DNA of 64,000 bases from Oscillospiraceae bacterium (lineage in GTDB: Bacteria > Bacillota > Clostridia > Oscillospirales > CAG-272), in the NCBI GenBank assembly GCA_015063745.1, contig SVTO01000005.1, forward strand, positions 6,990 to 70,989. Reading direction: 5' to 3'. Position 1 is the stretch's first letter, and each line of letters starts with the position of its first letter. A program made the translations under genes and the position numbers. Shown here piece after piece: positions 1-9,855 of the stretch. The notes beneath the pieces are model-generated. The model had not been told where the DNA came from. It worked only from the letters and a program-made list of their open reading frames with translations, and searched no databases.

Positions 1-89
1 TTACCAAGGACGGCTCCCTTTCCGCCCATTATGAACATACCGTTGCGCTGACTGCCGACGGTCCGGTTCTGCTGACAAAGGTGGACTGA
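1..89 (+). CDS. map: methionine aminopeptidase, C-terminal fragment (5' end outside window)
   Basis: Frame open from the window edge translates ...TKDGSLSAHYEHTVALTADGPVLLTKVD*, a typical type I MetAP C-terminus; canonical position upstream of infA. Confidence 0.8.
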   Translation, partial: TKDGSLSAHYEHTVALTADGPVLLTKVD

Positions 90-90
90 G

Positions 91-420
91 ATGTCCCGGG
101 AAGAGAATATCCTATTCGGTACAGTGGTTCAGTCCGTCTGCGGAAGAGACAGATTCCGGGTGTTCCTCGTGCTGGAGGAAGGCACGGAGCGGGACTATCC
201 CACCCTAAAAGTGGTGAACGGTGTCCTGCATAAGCTGGAAAAACCGAAGATCAAACACCTGTCCCACGTTCGTGTGATCGGACATCTGACAGAGGAAGAG
301 ATCGCCGATTGGAAAGCTGACTATTCTGACAAAAAAACGGCGGAATTGGCTGCAAAATATGATCACAACGGAGAAAATACTGGTTTGATGCATAAAAAAA
401 TCAAATCCGTATTGACATAA
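91..420 (+). CDS. KOW-domain RNA-binding protein (YbzG-like)
   Basis: 109-aa ORF with AAGGTGG SD; conserved map-KOW-infA position in Firmicutes; G-x-V-V-x-S-x-x-G-R-D KOW-like N-terminus. Confidence 0.6.
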   Translation: MSREENILFGTVVQSVCGRDRFRVFLVLEEGTERDYPTLKVVNGVLHKLEKPKIKHLSHVRVIGHLTEEEIADWKADYSDKKTAELAAKYDHNGENTGLMHKKIKSVLT

Positions 421-511
421 CAGAGGTTTTCACGTATAATATTAAACGGTGTGCTATGGCAATTTACCAAATACTGCATAGCAGAAACTGCACACAATGG
501 AGGAGACGCTT

Positions 512-733
512 TTGCCTAAGGATGACGTAATTGAATTCGAAGGTACGATCGTGGAAGCACTGCCGAACGCAACGTTCAAGGTAAAACTTCCCAATGATAT
601 GATCGTGACGGCTCATATTTCCGGCAAACTCAGAATGAACTATATCAGAATTCTCCCCGGGGACAAAGTAACGGTGGAAGTATCCATCTATGACCCCACA
701 AAGGGAAGAATCACGTGGAGAACAAAGGGTTGA
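512..733 (+). CDS. infA: translation initiation factor IF-1
   Basis: ...[25 protein letters not shown]...[29 protein letters not shown]. The ORF track starts at ATG 497, but GGAGGAG lies 6 nt upstream of TTG 512, which gives the canonical ~73-aa length. Confidence 0.93.
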   Translation: MPKDDVIEFEGTIVEALPNATFKVKLPNDMIVTAHISGKLRMNYIRILPGDKVTVEVSIYDPTKGRITWRTKG

Positions 734-1015
734 TTTTGGCACACGTGGCCGCGTGTACGGCTGCACAGCTCTGAATCCGAAAGGGTTTCGAGAAGGCGGA
801 AAACTTGCATTCCGCCGGAAGGTCATCCGGAGCATACCTTATATAATAGGTAGATGACCGGGTAGACAGAGCGAGCGGACAGGTGTGAAAAAAGCGCTCT
901 TTTGTCCCTAAGAACAGGGAGCTGAGCCTTGTTCTGTTTCCGGTGTCGGGATTTCGCATTTCACCGACATGGGGGATGAATACTCAGATGAACAAGAGAA
1001 AGGTGGAAAAATACT

Positions 1016-1129
1016 GTGAAAGTTAAGCCTTCCGTAAAAAAGATCTGCGATAAGTGCAAGGTTATCAAGCGCCATGGCCGCGTTATGGTAATCTGTGAAA
1101 ATCCCAAGCACAAGCAGAGACAGGGTTAA
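1016..1129 (+). CDS. rpmJ: 50S ribosomal protein L36
   Basis: Not in the ORF track (short). GTG-start ORF translates [37 protein letters not shown], with AGAAAGGTGG SD upstream. Confidence 0.93.
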   Translation: MKVKPSVKKICDKCKVIKRHGRVMVICENPKHKQRQG

Positions 1130-1153
1130 TTTCGAGAAAGGTGGAAGAAGCAT

Positions 1154-1522
1154 ATGGCTCGTATATCCGGTGTTGATATTCCGAATTCCAAGCGTGTCGA
1201 GATCGCTCTTACCTATATTTACGGTATCGGTCTGAAGAGCTCCAAGGATATCTTAGCTAAGACTGGCATCAATCCTGACATCAGAGCAAAGGATCTTACC
1301 GAAGACGACATCGCAAAGCTGCGTGACGAAATTGAAAACAACTACACTGTAGAAGGTGAACTTCGTCGTGAAGTTGCCATGAACATCAAGCGTCTCGTAG
1401 AAATCAACTGCTACCGCGGCATTCGTCACAGAAAAGGCCTGCCGGTTCGTGGTCAGAGAACCAAGACCAACGCAAGAACCAGAAAAGGTCCCGCTAAGAC
1501 GATCGCTAACAAGAAGAAGTAA
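1154..1522 (+). CDS. rpsM: 30S ribosomal protein S13
   Basis: [10 protein letters not shown]...[25 protein letters not shown]; conserved order. Confidence 0.97.
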   Translation: MARISGVDIPNSKRVEIALTYIYGIGLKSSKDILAKTGINPDIRAKDLTEDDIAKLRDEIENNYTVEGELRREVAMNIKRLVEINCYRGIRHRKGLPVRGQRTKTNARTRKGPAKTIANKKK

Positions 1523-1542
1523 TAAAGGAGTGAGAGAACGAA

Positions 1543-1938
1543 ATGGCTAAAGTCGCTAAGAAAGTCATCAAGAAGCGTCGTGACCGGAAGAATATTGAAA
1601 AAGGTCATGCACATATCCGTTCTACCTTCAACAATACCATCGTAACCATCACTGATGTTATGGGTAACACCGTAGCATGGGCATCCTCCGGCGGCATGGG
1701 CTTCAAGGGTTCCAAGAAGAATACTCCCTTCGCTGCTCAGACTGCTGCAGAAGCTGCTGCAAAGGGCGCCGTTGAACATGGTATGAAGACTGTTGAAGTT
1801 TACGTTAAGGGCCCCGGTAACGGACGTGAAGCCGCTATTCGTGCGCTGCAGACCGCTGGTCTGGACATCACCCTGATCAAGGACGTTACCCCCATCCCTC
1901 ACAACGGATGCCGTCCGCCCAAGCGTAGAAGAGTATAA
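1543..1938 (+). CDS. rpsK: 30S ribosomal protein S11
   Basis: ...[18 protein letters not shown]...WASSG..GFKGS.K.TPFAAQ... Confidence 0.97.
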   Translation: MAKVAKKVIKKRRDRKNIEKGHAHIRSTFNNTIVTITDVMGNTVAWASSGGMGFKGSKKNTPFAAQTAAEAAAKGAVEHGMKTVEVYVKGPGNGREAAIRALQTAGLDITLIKDVTPIPHNGCRPPKRRRV

Positions 1939-1961
1939 GGAAATTTTAGGAGGAAAATAAT

Positions 1962-2588
1962 ATGGCAAGATATACAGGTCCTTCCTGCAAGCTCTGCCGC
2001 AGAGAAGGCAAGAAGCTTTTCCTCAAGGGAGATCGCTGCTTATCTGATAAGTGTGCCGTTGCCCGCCGCACGACCGTTCCCGGTCAGCATGGTGCAGGCC
2101 GCAAGCAGATCAAGGAATATGGCCTCCAGCACAGAGAAAAGATGACTGCACGCCGTTACTATGGTGTACAGGAAAAGCAGTTCAAGTCCTACTATGTAAA
2201 GGCTGATAAGAAGGCCGGCGTTACCGGTGAAAACCTGCTGACCATTCTGGAATGCCGTCTGGACAATCTGGTATATAGAATGGGTCTGGCATCCAGCCGT
2301 AAGGAAGCACGTCAGCTGGTTCGTCACGCACACTTCACTCTCAACGGCAAGAAGGTAGACATTCCGTCCATCATCTGCAAGGTTGGCGATGTAGTGGCAC
2401 TGAAGGAAAAGAGCAAGGGCTCCGAAAAGTTCAAGGCTCTGATCGAAGCTTCCGAAAGCGCTGTAACACCCAAGTGGCTGGAAGTTGACCAGGCAAACGC
2501 ATCTGCAAAGATGATCGCTATGCCCAAGAGAGACGACGTGGACTTCCCGTTCGAAGAACAGCTCATCGTCGAACTTTACTCCAAGTAA
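1962..2588 (+). CDS. rpsD: 30S ribosomal protein S4
   Basis: [25 protein letters not shown]...; S4 domain at the C-terminus. Confidence 0.97.
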   Translation: MARYTGPSCKLCRREGKKLFLKGDRCLSDKCAVARRTTVPGQHGAGRKQIKEYGLQHREKMTARRYYGVQEKQFKSYYVKADKKAGVTGENLLTILECRLDNLVYRMGLASSRKEARQLVRHAHFTLNGKKVDIPSIICKVGDVVALKEKSKGSEKFKALIEASESAVTPKWLEVDQANASAKMIAMPKRDDVDFPFEEQLIVELYSK

Positions 2589-2760
2589 TAACCTACCCCA
2601 GGATCAGCTCTGCGGGACAGTTATCCCCTACCGAAGGGCAGAAACGGTTTGGAGTGAAGTTCGACTGTACCCGGAGCTTACGTCTGCATTTTGCAAGAAT
2701 CAGTGTATTCCCGAAAATATGTGGATTTGCAAAAATTTGAAACGGAGGGTTATTATATAA

Positions 2761-3732
2761 ATGATTGAGATAGAGAAGCCGAATATTGCGACGATCAATT
2801 TAAGCGAAGACGGTACCAACGGGAAGTTCATTATTGAACCCCTGGAAAGAGGCTACGGCATCACGCTGGGCAACTCTCTCCGCCGTGTACTGCTCAGTTC
2901 CCTTCCCGGCGTAGCGGTAACCAATATCAAGATCGACGGCGTACTTCATGAAATTTCCACCATACCCGGTGTGAAGGAAGACGTTACCGAGATCGTACTG
3001 AATGTTAAAGGCATTACCGCAAAGCTGCACTCCGATGAACCCAAGACTGTGATCATTGACACCACAGGTGCCTGTGACATCACCGCCGGCGACATCAAGC
3101 AGGATGCGGATATCGAGATTCTGAATCCCGATCACCACATCGCAACCGTAGGCGAAAACGTTCGCTTCTACATGGAGCTGACCTTCGATCACGGCCGCGG
3201 CTATGTATCCCAGGAAAAGAACAAGCAGATTTACCAGGCAAACAGCCAGGGTGTATCGGCTCCCATCGGCACCATTTTCACAGACTCGATTTACACTCCG
3301 GTTTATAACGTAAACTACACCGTCGAAAACACCCGCGTCGGCAGCAATACCGACTATGACAGACTGACTCTTGAAGTTCTGACAAACGGCGTGATTTTGG
3401 CGAAGGAAGCGATTTCTCTCGGCGCCAAGATACTCAACGAGCATCTCAATTTGTTCGTCGATCTTTCCGACGAAGCAAAGAATGCGGAAATCATGGTTGA
3501 ACGCGAAGAAACCATCAAGGAAAAGGTTCTTGAGATGACCATTGAGGAGCTTGATATGTCCGTCCGCAGCTTCAACTGCCTGAAGCGCGCCGGCATAGAC
3601 ACCGTAGAAGACCTGATTAACAGAACCGAAGACGACATGATGAAAGTGCGTAACCTCGGTAAGAAGTCGCTGGAAGAAGTTATCCAGAAGCTGCACTCCC
3701 TCGGTCTGGATCTCAAGAAAGAGGAAGAATAA
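2761..3732 (+). CDS. rpoA: DNA-directed RNA polymerase subunit alpha
   Basis: 323 aa; N-terminal ...[20 protein letters not shown]; C-terminal domain ...[22 protein letters not shown]. Confidence 0.97.
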   Translation: MIEIEKPNIATINLSEDGTNGKFIIEPLERGYGITLGNSLRRVLLSSLPGVAVTNIKIDGVLHEISTIPGVKEDVTEIVLNVKGITAKLHSDEPKTVIIDTTGACDITAGDIKQDADIEILNPDHHIATVGENVRFYMELTFDHGRGYVSQEKNKQIYQANSQGVSAPIGTIFTDSIYTPVYNVNYTVENTRVGSNTDYDRLTLEVLTNGVILAKEAISLGAKILNEHLNLFVDLSDEAKNAEIMVEREETIKEKVLEMTIEELDMSVRSFNCLKRAGIDTVEDLINRTEDDMMKVRNLGKKSLEEVIQKLHSLGLDLKKEEE

Positions 3733-3881
3733 TAAAACCTCTTTCGCCGCCTGATCCGAATCAGGCCCACGACAGACTGACAGCAGTGCTGTAAAGAAGA
3801 TTGAGTAAAGCCCTGATTGTTGGGCGATTTTCCGACGGTTAAACCGGACGGATCAAAGTAAGCAAAAGGAGGACATGGAAA

Positions 3882-4226
3882 ATGCCCGGTACCAGAAAAC
3901 TCGGCAGACCCACGGCTCACAGAAACGCTATGCTTCGTGGTATGGTAACCTACCTCATCGAGAACGGTTCCATCGAAACCACCCTGACTCGCGCTAAGGA
4001 AGTTCGTGCCATCGCTGAAAAGATGATTACCCTTGGCAAGAAGAACACCCTTGCCAGCCGCCGCGCAGCTCTTGCATACATCACCAAAGAAGATGTTGTA
4101 AAGAAGCTCTTCGACGAAACTGCTCCCAAATATGCAGATCGCACCGGTGGTTACACCCAGATCTATAAGCTCGGCCCCCGCCGCGGTGATGCAGCCGAAA
4201 TGGCCCTCATCAAGCTCGTAGACTAA
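3882..4226 (+). CDS. rplQ: 50S ribosomal protein L17
   Basis: ...[34 protein letters not shown]...EKMITLGK. Confidence 0.97.
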   Translation: MPGTRKLGRPTAHRNAMLRGMVTYLIENGSIETTLTRAKEVRAIAEKMITLGKKNTLASRRAALAYITKEDVVKKLFDETAPKYADRTGGYTQIYKLGPRRGDAAEMALIKLVD

Positions 4227-4240
4227 TCTATACAAAATCA

Positions 4241-4272
4241 CACCAGGCTTTTTAGTCTGGTGTTTTTGTTTT
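4241..4272 (+). terminator. intrinsic terminator after rplQ
   Basis: CACCAG-loop-CTGGTG hairpin followed by TTTTTGTTTTT. Confidence 0.6.
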
Positions 4273-4275
4273 TCC

Positions 4276-4371
4276 GGGGGAGGGAGAGAAACTTTTTGCC
4301 AAAAAGCTTCTCTCCCTCCCCCGGGCCCCCTCCTTCTTTTCAAAAAACTTTGGGAAGGGGTTTTGGGGGGG
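4276..4371. repeat. palindromic intergenic element, type 1, copy A
   Basis: GGGGGAGGGAGAGAAACTTTTTGCCAAAAAGCTTCTCTCCCTCCCCC hairpin followed by CCCCCTCCTTCTTTTCAAAAAACTTTGGGAAGGGG module. Related copies at 13404, 44726, 48711 and 49708. Confidence 0.8.
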
Positions 4372-4376
4372 AGAGG

Positions 4377-4405
4377 TTGACAGTGGGGGGATTTGGTTGT
4401 ATAAT
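4377..4405 (+). promoter_or_regulatory. sigma-A type promoter for the GNAT gene
   Basis: TTGACA-17 nt-TATAAT. Confidence 0.6.
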
Positions 4406-4437
4406 GGTGGAAATAGTTTGTTTGGGGAGGGATTGTG

Positions 4438-4914
4438 ATGATTGTTCGGTATTATAGGGCGGATGATGTGCCGGTGATGCGGGTGATTTGGAATCAGGTT
4501 GTGGAGGATGGAATTGCGTTTCCGCAGTTAGACTGTCTGACGGAAGAGGAGGCAGAGGCGTTTTTTGCCGAGCAGACCTGCTGTGCGGTGGCGGAACAGG
4601 ATGGGAAGGTTGTGGGGTTATATATTCTGCATCCCAACAATATCGGCCGCTGCGGGCATATCGGGAACGCCAGTTATGCGGTGGAACGGAGCTGCCGCGG
4701 TATGGGTGCGGGGGAAGCATTGGTGAGCCATTGTCTGACCGCCGCGAAGGAAAAAGGTTTCCGTTTGATCCAGTTCAATGCTGTAGTAAAGACCAACGCT
4801 CCGGCACGACATATTTACGAAAAGCTTGGGTTTGTAACCTTGGGCACGATTCCCGGCGGCTTCCGGATGGATGACCGGTATGAGGATATTGTGCTGTATT
4901 ATTACGAACTGTAA
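4438..4914 (+). CDS. GNAT family N-acetyltransferase
   Basis: ~158 aa; acetyl-CoA motif-like ...RSCRGMGAGEALVSHCL...; GGAGG SD 7 nt upstream of ATG 4438 (the ORF track starts at GTG 4435). Confidence 0.85.
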   Translation: MIVRYYRADDVPVMRVIWNQVVEDGIAFPQLDCLTEEEAEAFFAEQTCCAVAEQDGKVVGLYILHPNNIGRCGHIGNASYAVERSCRGMGAGEALVSHCLTAAKEKGFRLIQFNAVVKTNAPARHIYEKLGFVTLGTIPGGFRMDDRYEDIVLYYYEL

Positions 4915-4921
4915 AAAAGAA

Positions 4922-4951
4922 AATCCGGAGTTAAACAAATAACTCCGGATT
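4922..4951. terminator. bidirectional hairpin between convergent GNAT and DAHP synthase genes
   Basis: AATCCGGAGTTA-AACAAA-TAACTCCGGATT perfect 12-bp stem flanked by A/T runs. Confidence 0.65.
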
Positions 4952-5025
4952 CTTTAATTTCATCAGTTGCTGAAGCCTTTTTTAAAGTTTTGTGAAAAGA
5001 GGCAGGGTGCCGGTACGATATTCCA

Positions 5026-6054
5026 TCAGACAAGTTCAGCAATATCGTAAATCAGCCGTTCGGTCTTTTCCCAGCCGAGGCAGGGGTCGGTGATGGATTT
5101 ACCGTAAACGTCTTCGCCGATCTTCTGTGCACCGTCTTCGATGTAACTTTCGATCATAAAGCCTTTGACCATCTTTTTGATATCCGCATTATGGCGGCAG
5201 CTGTAGAGGACTTCCTTGACGATACGGGGCTGTTCGAGGTGTTTTTTGCCGGAGTTGGCGTGGTTGGTATCGATAATGGCGGCGGGGTTGGCAAGACCGC
5301 TGGCTGCGTAGACTTCGCAGAGATTGAGCAGGTCTTCGAAGTGATAGTTGGGCATGGAATGGCCCTGTTTATTCACGTATCCGCGCATGATGGCATGGCT
5401 CAGGGGGTTGCCCTGGGAGTGCACTTCCCAGCCGCGGTAGATGAAGGTATGGGCGTGCTGGGCGGCTGTGATGGCGTTCATCATAACGGATAGATCGCCG
5501 CCGGTGGGGTTCTTCATACCAACGGGGATGGATAATCCGCTGGCGGTCAGACGGTGCTGCTGGTTTTCCACGGAGCGTGCACCGATGGCCACATAGGCCA
5601 GAATATCGTTCAGATAACGGTAGTTTTCCGGGTACAGCATTTCGTCGGCACAGGTGAAGCCGGTTTCCTTCAGCGCACGGATGTGCAGCTCACGGATGGT
5701 AACGATACCCTTGTACATATCCGGCTTTTCATTCGGGTCGGGCTGGTGCAGCATACCCTTGTAGCCGTCACCGGTGGTTCTGGGCTTGTTTGTGTAGATG
5801 CGGGGGATAATATATACCTTATCCGCAACCTTCTCCTGTACCTTCGCCAGGCGGTTGATATAGTCCAGTACGCTGTCTTCGTTGTCGGCGGAGCAGGGGC
5901 CGATGATCAGCAGAAACTTATCGGACGCACCGGTGAAAATGTCCGCAATCTCCTTCTCTCTGCGGGCAACGATCTGCTGCTGTTCCGTGGTCAGAGGGTA
6001 CATCTTCTTTACATCCATGGGGATGGGCAGTTTTCTTTCAAAAATCATATTCAT
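5026..6054 (-). CDS. aroF: 3-deoxy-7-phosphoheptulonate (DAHP) synthase, class I alpha
   Basis: 342 aa; ...LLIIGPCSADNE...IIPRIYTNKPRTT..GYKG...GARSVENQQHR...IIDTNHANSGK. Confidence 0.9.
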   Translation of the reverse strand: MNMIFERKLPIPMDVKKMYPLTTEQQQIVARREKEIADIFTGASDKFLLIIGPCSADNEDSVLDYINRLAKVQEKVADKVYIIPRIYTNKPRTTGDGYKGMLHQPDPNEKPDMYKGIVTIRELHIRALKETGFTCADEMLYPENYRYLNDILAYVAIGARSVENQQHRLTASGLSIPVGMKNPTGGDLSVMMNAITAAQHAHTFIYRGWEVHSQGNPLSHAIMRGYVNKQGHSMPNYHFEDLLNLCEVYAASGLANPAAIIDTNHANSGKKHLEQPRIVKEVLYSCRHNADIKKMVKGFMIESYIEDGAQKIGEDVYGKSITDPCLGWEKTERLIYDIAELV

Positions 6055-6075
6055 AAGGCAAATTCTCCCTTTCTT

Positions 6076-6933
6076 TTACATTTTATCAAACAGCGCCCGT
6101 CTTGCTGTGGACTGACGCATCATTTCCTGCATATCTTTCACATTTCCCTCGGCGACCATGTCTCTGAGAGAAATAAACTGCTTCAAAAACAAATCCATCT
6201 GCTGCAGAAGCGGCTCTCTGTTCTCCATGAACAGCTCGCTCCACATATATTCGTTGATCCGCGCAATACGGGTCAGATCCCGGAAGGAGTCCCCGGTGAA
6301 CTTTTCCATGTTCTCCTTGTCGTTGCAGGTCATCAGCGCAACCGCAATGCAGTGGGTCAGCTGGGACAGGAAGCCGATCATTTCGTCATGCTCTTTGGGG
6401 GACAATTCCGCCACATTGGTGAACCCCAGCAGGAGTCCCAGCTCCTTGCAGGTGGCGATCGCTTCCGGCGTATTTTTGGCCGTGGGGGTAACAATGTAGT
6501 TCGCCCCGATGAAAATCCGCGATGTGCTGTTCTCCACCCCGGAAACCTCACGACCCGCCATGGGATGGGCCGCAATAAACTCCACATCCTCTCGGAGCAT
6601 ATCCTGGATCGTGTATACAATGCTTCCCTTGACACCGGTTACGTCCGTGATCAGAGCGCCGGGCTTGAAATACTGCTGGTTGTCCCTGATCCATTCCACA
6701 AATACATGGGGATACAGCGCAAAAATCAGCAGATCCGCTTCCCCGATCATCTGTGGGTCAATCTCGGTAGTGCCTTCGTCGATCAGTCCCTTTTCCAGCG
6801 CATAATCAATGGAGCTTTGCTCCTTGGTGATCGCCGAAATGTGAAAACCGAACCGCTTCAGAGCCTCTGCGTAGCTGCCGCCCAGAAGACCCAGGCCCAC
6901 AATCATTACTTTTTTATTTACATCAATAATCAT
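6076..6933 (-). CDS. tyrA: prephenate dehydrogenase
   Basis: 285 aa; Rossmann motif VMIVGLGLLGGS; ...DVTGVK...AAHPMAGRE. Confidence 0.88.
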   Translation of the reverse strand: MIIDVNKKVMIVGLGLLGGSYAEALKRFGFHISAITKEQSSIDYALEKGLIDEGTTEIDPQMIGEADLLIFALYPHVFVEWIRDNQQYFKPGALITDVTGVKGSIVYTIQDMLREDVEFIAAHPMAGREVSGVENSTSRIFIGANYIVTPTAKNTPEAIATCKELGLLLGFTNVAELSPKEHDEMIGFLSQLTHCIAVALMTCNDKENMEKFTGDSFRDLTRIARINEYMWSELFMENREPLLQQMDLFLKQFISLRDMVAEGNVKDMQEMMRQSTARRALFDKM

Positions 6934-8138
6934 AGTATCTCAACCTTTCCGCCAAGGGATTCCATATCCGCGAAAAATCCCGGATAACTTTTGCGTACCG
7001 CTTCCGCACCGACGATTTCACCGCCGGTTTGGGAAAGCACCACCGCCATGGCCATAACGATGCGATGGTCGTTGTGCCCGTCGATCGGCATCTCGGGCGC
7101 GTGCAGAGTACATCCGCCGGGAACGGTGATCCGGTTCTCCTCACAGATCAGGGACACACCAACCCTGGCAAGCTCCTCTGCCATAGCCGCACCACGGTCG
7201 CTTTCCTTGGCCGCCAGCCGTGCCGTGTTCGTAAATACCGCACCGTTTTTCAGTGCCGCCAGCGCCATGAGTACCGGCCCCAGATCGGGACAGTCGGCCA
7301 TGTCGATCTCCGGCGTACCGGCACATAAAGCAGGGTAGTGTTCCTTATAAACCCGGTCTCCCTGCAGACTGTCCTCTGACAGCCCCGTAACCTGCACCTG
7401 ACCGCCGATACAGCCGAAGGCGTCCAGGAATGCGGCGTTGGAGTAATCGCCCTCCACAGGGCCGGAAATCGGCTGAAAACGCTGTCCGCCGGGAATACGG
7501 ATGTGATATTCGTCCGTGAATCCGGCATGAATACCGGCTTTGGCCAGCATGGACAGGGTCAGAAGCACGTAGGACCGGCTCTCAAAGGGCGGAAGGATCG
7601 TAATGGTGCTGCCCCCCTCCCGTGTGGCCAGGGCAAAGATCATGCCGCTGATGAACTGACTGCTGATATCCCCCCGGATCACATATTCCCCGGAGGTCAG
7701 ATGGCCGCATACCGTGATCTTGCCGGGCGTGCGGGTGAACACAAATCCCTTCTCCCGACATAAATCCTCGTAGATATCCATGGGCCTCTCCATCAGCCGC
7801 CCCTTGCCTGCGAAGGTCATTCTCCTGCCGCAGCACAAAGCCAGCGGAATCAGAAACCGTAGCGTGCTTCCGCTTTCTCTGCAGTCCAGAATCTCCCCGT
7901 CGCCGTGAAACATTCCCCTGCCGTCCACAGTGACCGTGCTGCCCTGTACGTCAAATTTCGCCCCGAAGGCGGACATACAGTCCATGGTGGCCAGAATATC
8001 CTCGGAATAATCCACGCCGCGCACAACGCTGATGCCGTCCGCCAGAGCCGCACAGATCAGATGCCGGTGTGCCATACTCTTGGACGGGGGAGCCGTGACG
8101 GTACCGTGCAGCAGGGAGGGTGTAATGCGTACATTCAT
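6930..8138 (-). CDS. aroA: 3-phosphoshikimate 1-carboxyvinyltransferase (EPSP synthase)
   Basis: 402 aa; ...APPSKSMAHRHLICAALA...; ...DHRIVMAMAV; ATGA start/stop overlap with tyrA. Confidence 0.92.
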   Translation of the reverse strand: MNVRITPSLLHGTVTAPPSKSMAHRHLICAALADGISVVRGVDYSEDILATMDCMSAFGAKFDVQGSTVTVDGRGMFHGDGEILDCRESGSTLRFLIPLALCCGRRMTFAGKGRLMERPMDIYEDLCREKGFVFTRTPGKITVCGHLTSGEYVIRGDISSQFISGMIFALATREGGSTITILPPFESRSYVLLTLSMLAKAGIHAGFTDEYHIRIPGGQRFQPISGPVEGDYSNAAFLDAFGCIGGQVQVTGLSEDSLQGDRVYKEHYPALCAGTPEIDMADCPDLGPVLMALAALKNGAVFTNTARLAAKESDRGAAMAEELARVGVSLICEENRITVPGGCTLHAPEMPIDGHNDHRIVMAMAVVLSQTGGEIVGAEAVRKSYPGFFADMESLGGKVEIL

Positions 8139-8575
8139 TTTTCCGCCTCCGGCATATTGGCCAGATAGTCAATGGCTTCCAGATAGCCGTCGGTGCCGTG
8201 ACCGGTGATGGTGTGTACACAGGCATAACGGACATAGCTGATCTGCCGGAAGTCCTCCCGCTCTTCCACCTTGGAAATGTGAACCTCCACGGTGGGAATG
8301 CCCACGGATTTCAGCGCATCCAGCAGAGCAATGCTGGTGTGGGTGTAAGCGCCGGGATTGATGACGATGCCGTCAAATTCCCCGTACGCCTGCTGGATCC
8401 GGTCCACAAGGTCGCCCTCGTGGTTGGACTGGTAGGTGTCCACCTGAATCCCGGCCGACGCGCAGTGATCCTGAATTTTGGCAATCAGGGTGGCGAAGGT
8501 TTCCCTTCCGTATATGGCAGGCTCCCGGATACCCAGCATATTGATGTTGGGACCGTTGATAACCAGAATTTTCAT
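8135..8575 (-). CDS. aroQ: type II 3-dehydroquinate dehydratase
   Basis: MKILVINGPNINMLGIREP.IYG......QSNHEG.LVD.IQ....DGIVINPGAYTHTSIAL.DA. Confidence 0.93.
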   Translation of the reverse strand: MKILVINGPNINMLGIREPAIYGRETFATLIAKIQDHCASAGIQVDTYQSNHEGDLVDRIQQAYGEFDGIVINPGAYTHTSIALLDALKSVGIPTVEVHISKVEEREDFRQISYVRYACVHTITGHGTDGYLEAIDYLANMPEAEK

Positions 8576-8590
8576 AGTCAGTACCTCGTA

Positions 8591-9826
8591 TTATTTGTGC
8601 ATTGCCCGGATCTTTTCCGCATTGATCACGGGATCTTCGTCCATGGGATGAATCACATCCGCCGTAGAACAGTACCGTCCGTACCGTTCCTCATACCGCT
8701 TCCGGATCGCATCGGCGGAATTGGCCGTGGGTCGGTCCGCTGTGGGCAGAAGCCTGTCCAGAGGACGGTCCAGGAAATAGATCTTCCCGTTCTGCCGCAG
8801 GGCATCCACGTTTGCATCCCGCAAAATCGCGCCGCCGCCGGTGGCAATAACCAGAGCGCTGTTTTTACCCACCTCGGCGATCACGTCACTTTCTCTGTCC
8901 CGGAATCCCTCTTCGCCGAACTGCGCAAAGATTTCCGGAATCTCCATACCGTACTTCTTCACGATCTCCGCATCCGTATCCACAAAGGTACGTCCGGTCA
9001 TTTCGGCCAGCAGTCTGCCAACCGTGGTCTTGCCGCTGGCGGGCATGCCGGTCAGAACGATGTTCTGCTTGGAAATGAAGATCTCTCTGTAAATATCATC
9101 AATAATGGTATCCCCATAGGTCTTGCCGGTGAACTTTTCGGCCGCAAATACCGCCTGTGCCACCAGCATATATAATCCGCCCACCGCCGGGATTCCCTTT
9201 GCCGCGGCATCCATCACCAGTCTTGAGGACAGGGGATTGTAAATCGCATCGAATACGCCGGACAGACCGGGGAAACAGCCGATGTCCACCGGTGCCGTGC
9301 CCGGATTCGGATACATCCCCACCGGTGTGGTGTTCAGAATCACACCCGCATCCCGGTGATCCCTGTAAGCCTGTTCATAGGTGATCACCCCGGGCTTCTC
9401 CGTCCGGCTGACCACGATGATCTCTCCGGCACCCATGGCTTCGGCCACCGCTTTGGCCGTACGGGATGTGCCGCCGGTGCCGAGAATGAGCACCTTCTTG
9501 CCGGTGAGGGAAATCCCCGCCCGGGTGATACAGCTTTTCATACCGAAGAAGTCTGTGTTGTAGCCGTAGAGCCTGCTGTCCCGGTTCACGATGGTGTTGA
9601 CAGCACCGATGGCCCGGGCGGTGTCGCTGATTTCGTACAGATAGGGAATCACATCCTGCTTGTAGGGGATGGTCACGTTGATGGCGGTGAATTCCTTCGC
9701 CGTCATGAAAGCATCCAGCTCATCCTTGGGGACTTCGCGGATGGTGTAGTCGTAGGTTTCGATTTTGTTGTGTATTTCTTTGGAAAAACTGTGGGAAAGA
9801 TGTTCCCCGATACAGCCGTATGTCAT
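8591..9826 (-). CDS. bifunctional shikimate dehydrogenase / shikimate kinase (AroE-AroK fusion)
   Basis: 411 aa. The N-terminal ~265 aa are AroE-like (..NVTIPYKQ.., YGYNTD, LGTGG). The C-terminal ~145 aa are AroK-like, with Walker A GMPASGKTTVG and ..IATGGG.. Confidence 0.88.
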   Translation of the reverse strand: MTYGCIGEHLSHSFSKEIHNKIETYDYTIREVPKDELDAFMTAKEFTAINVTIPYKQDVIPYLYEISDTARAIGAVNTIVNRDSRLYGYNTDFFGMKSCITRAGISLTGKKVLILGTGGTSRTAKAVAEAMGAGEIIVVSRTEKPGVITYEQAYRDHRDAGVILNTTPVGMYPNPGTAPVDIGCFPGLSGVFDAIYNPLSSRLVMDAAAKGIPAVGGLYMLVAQAVFAAEKFTGKTYGDTIIDDIYREIFISKQNIVLTGMPASGKTTVGRLLAEMTGRTFVDTDAEIVKKYGMEIPEIFAQFGEEGFRDRESDVIAEVGKNSALVIATGGGAILRDANVDALRQNGKIYFLDRPLDRLLPTADRPTANSADAIRKRYEERYGRYCSTADVIHPMDEDPVINAEKIRAMHK

Positions 9827-9855
9827 ACTGCAGACCTCCTTGTCTGATGCGGGAC

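Noticed and set aside
4260-4457. Small ORFs across the palindromic elements (also 13282-13659, 13341-13529, 44697-45017 and 16064-16276)
   Set aside because: Their translations (..KSFSPSPGPPPSFQKTL..) are read-outs of the G/C-tract palindromes in both orientations. No SDs are present, and the same DNA occurs in both orientations at different loci.
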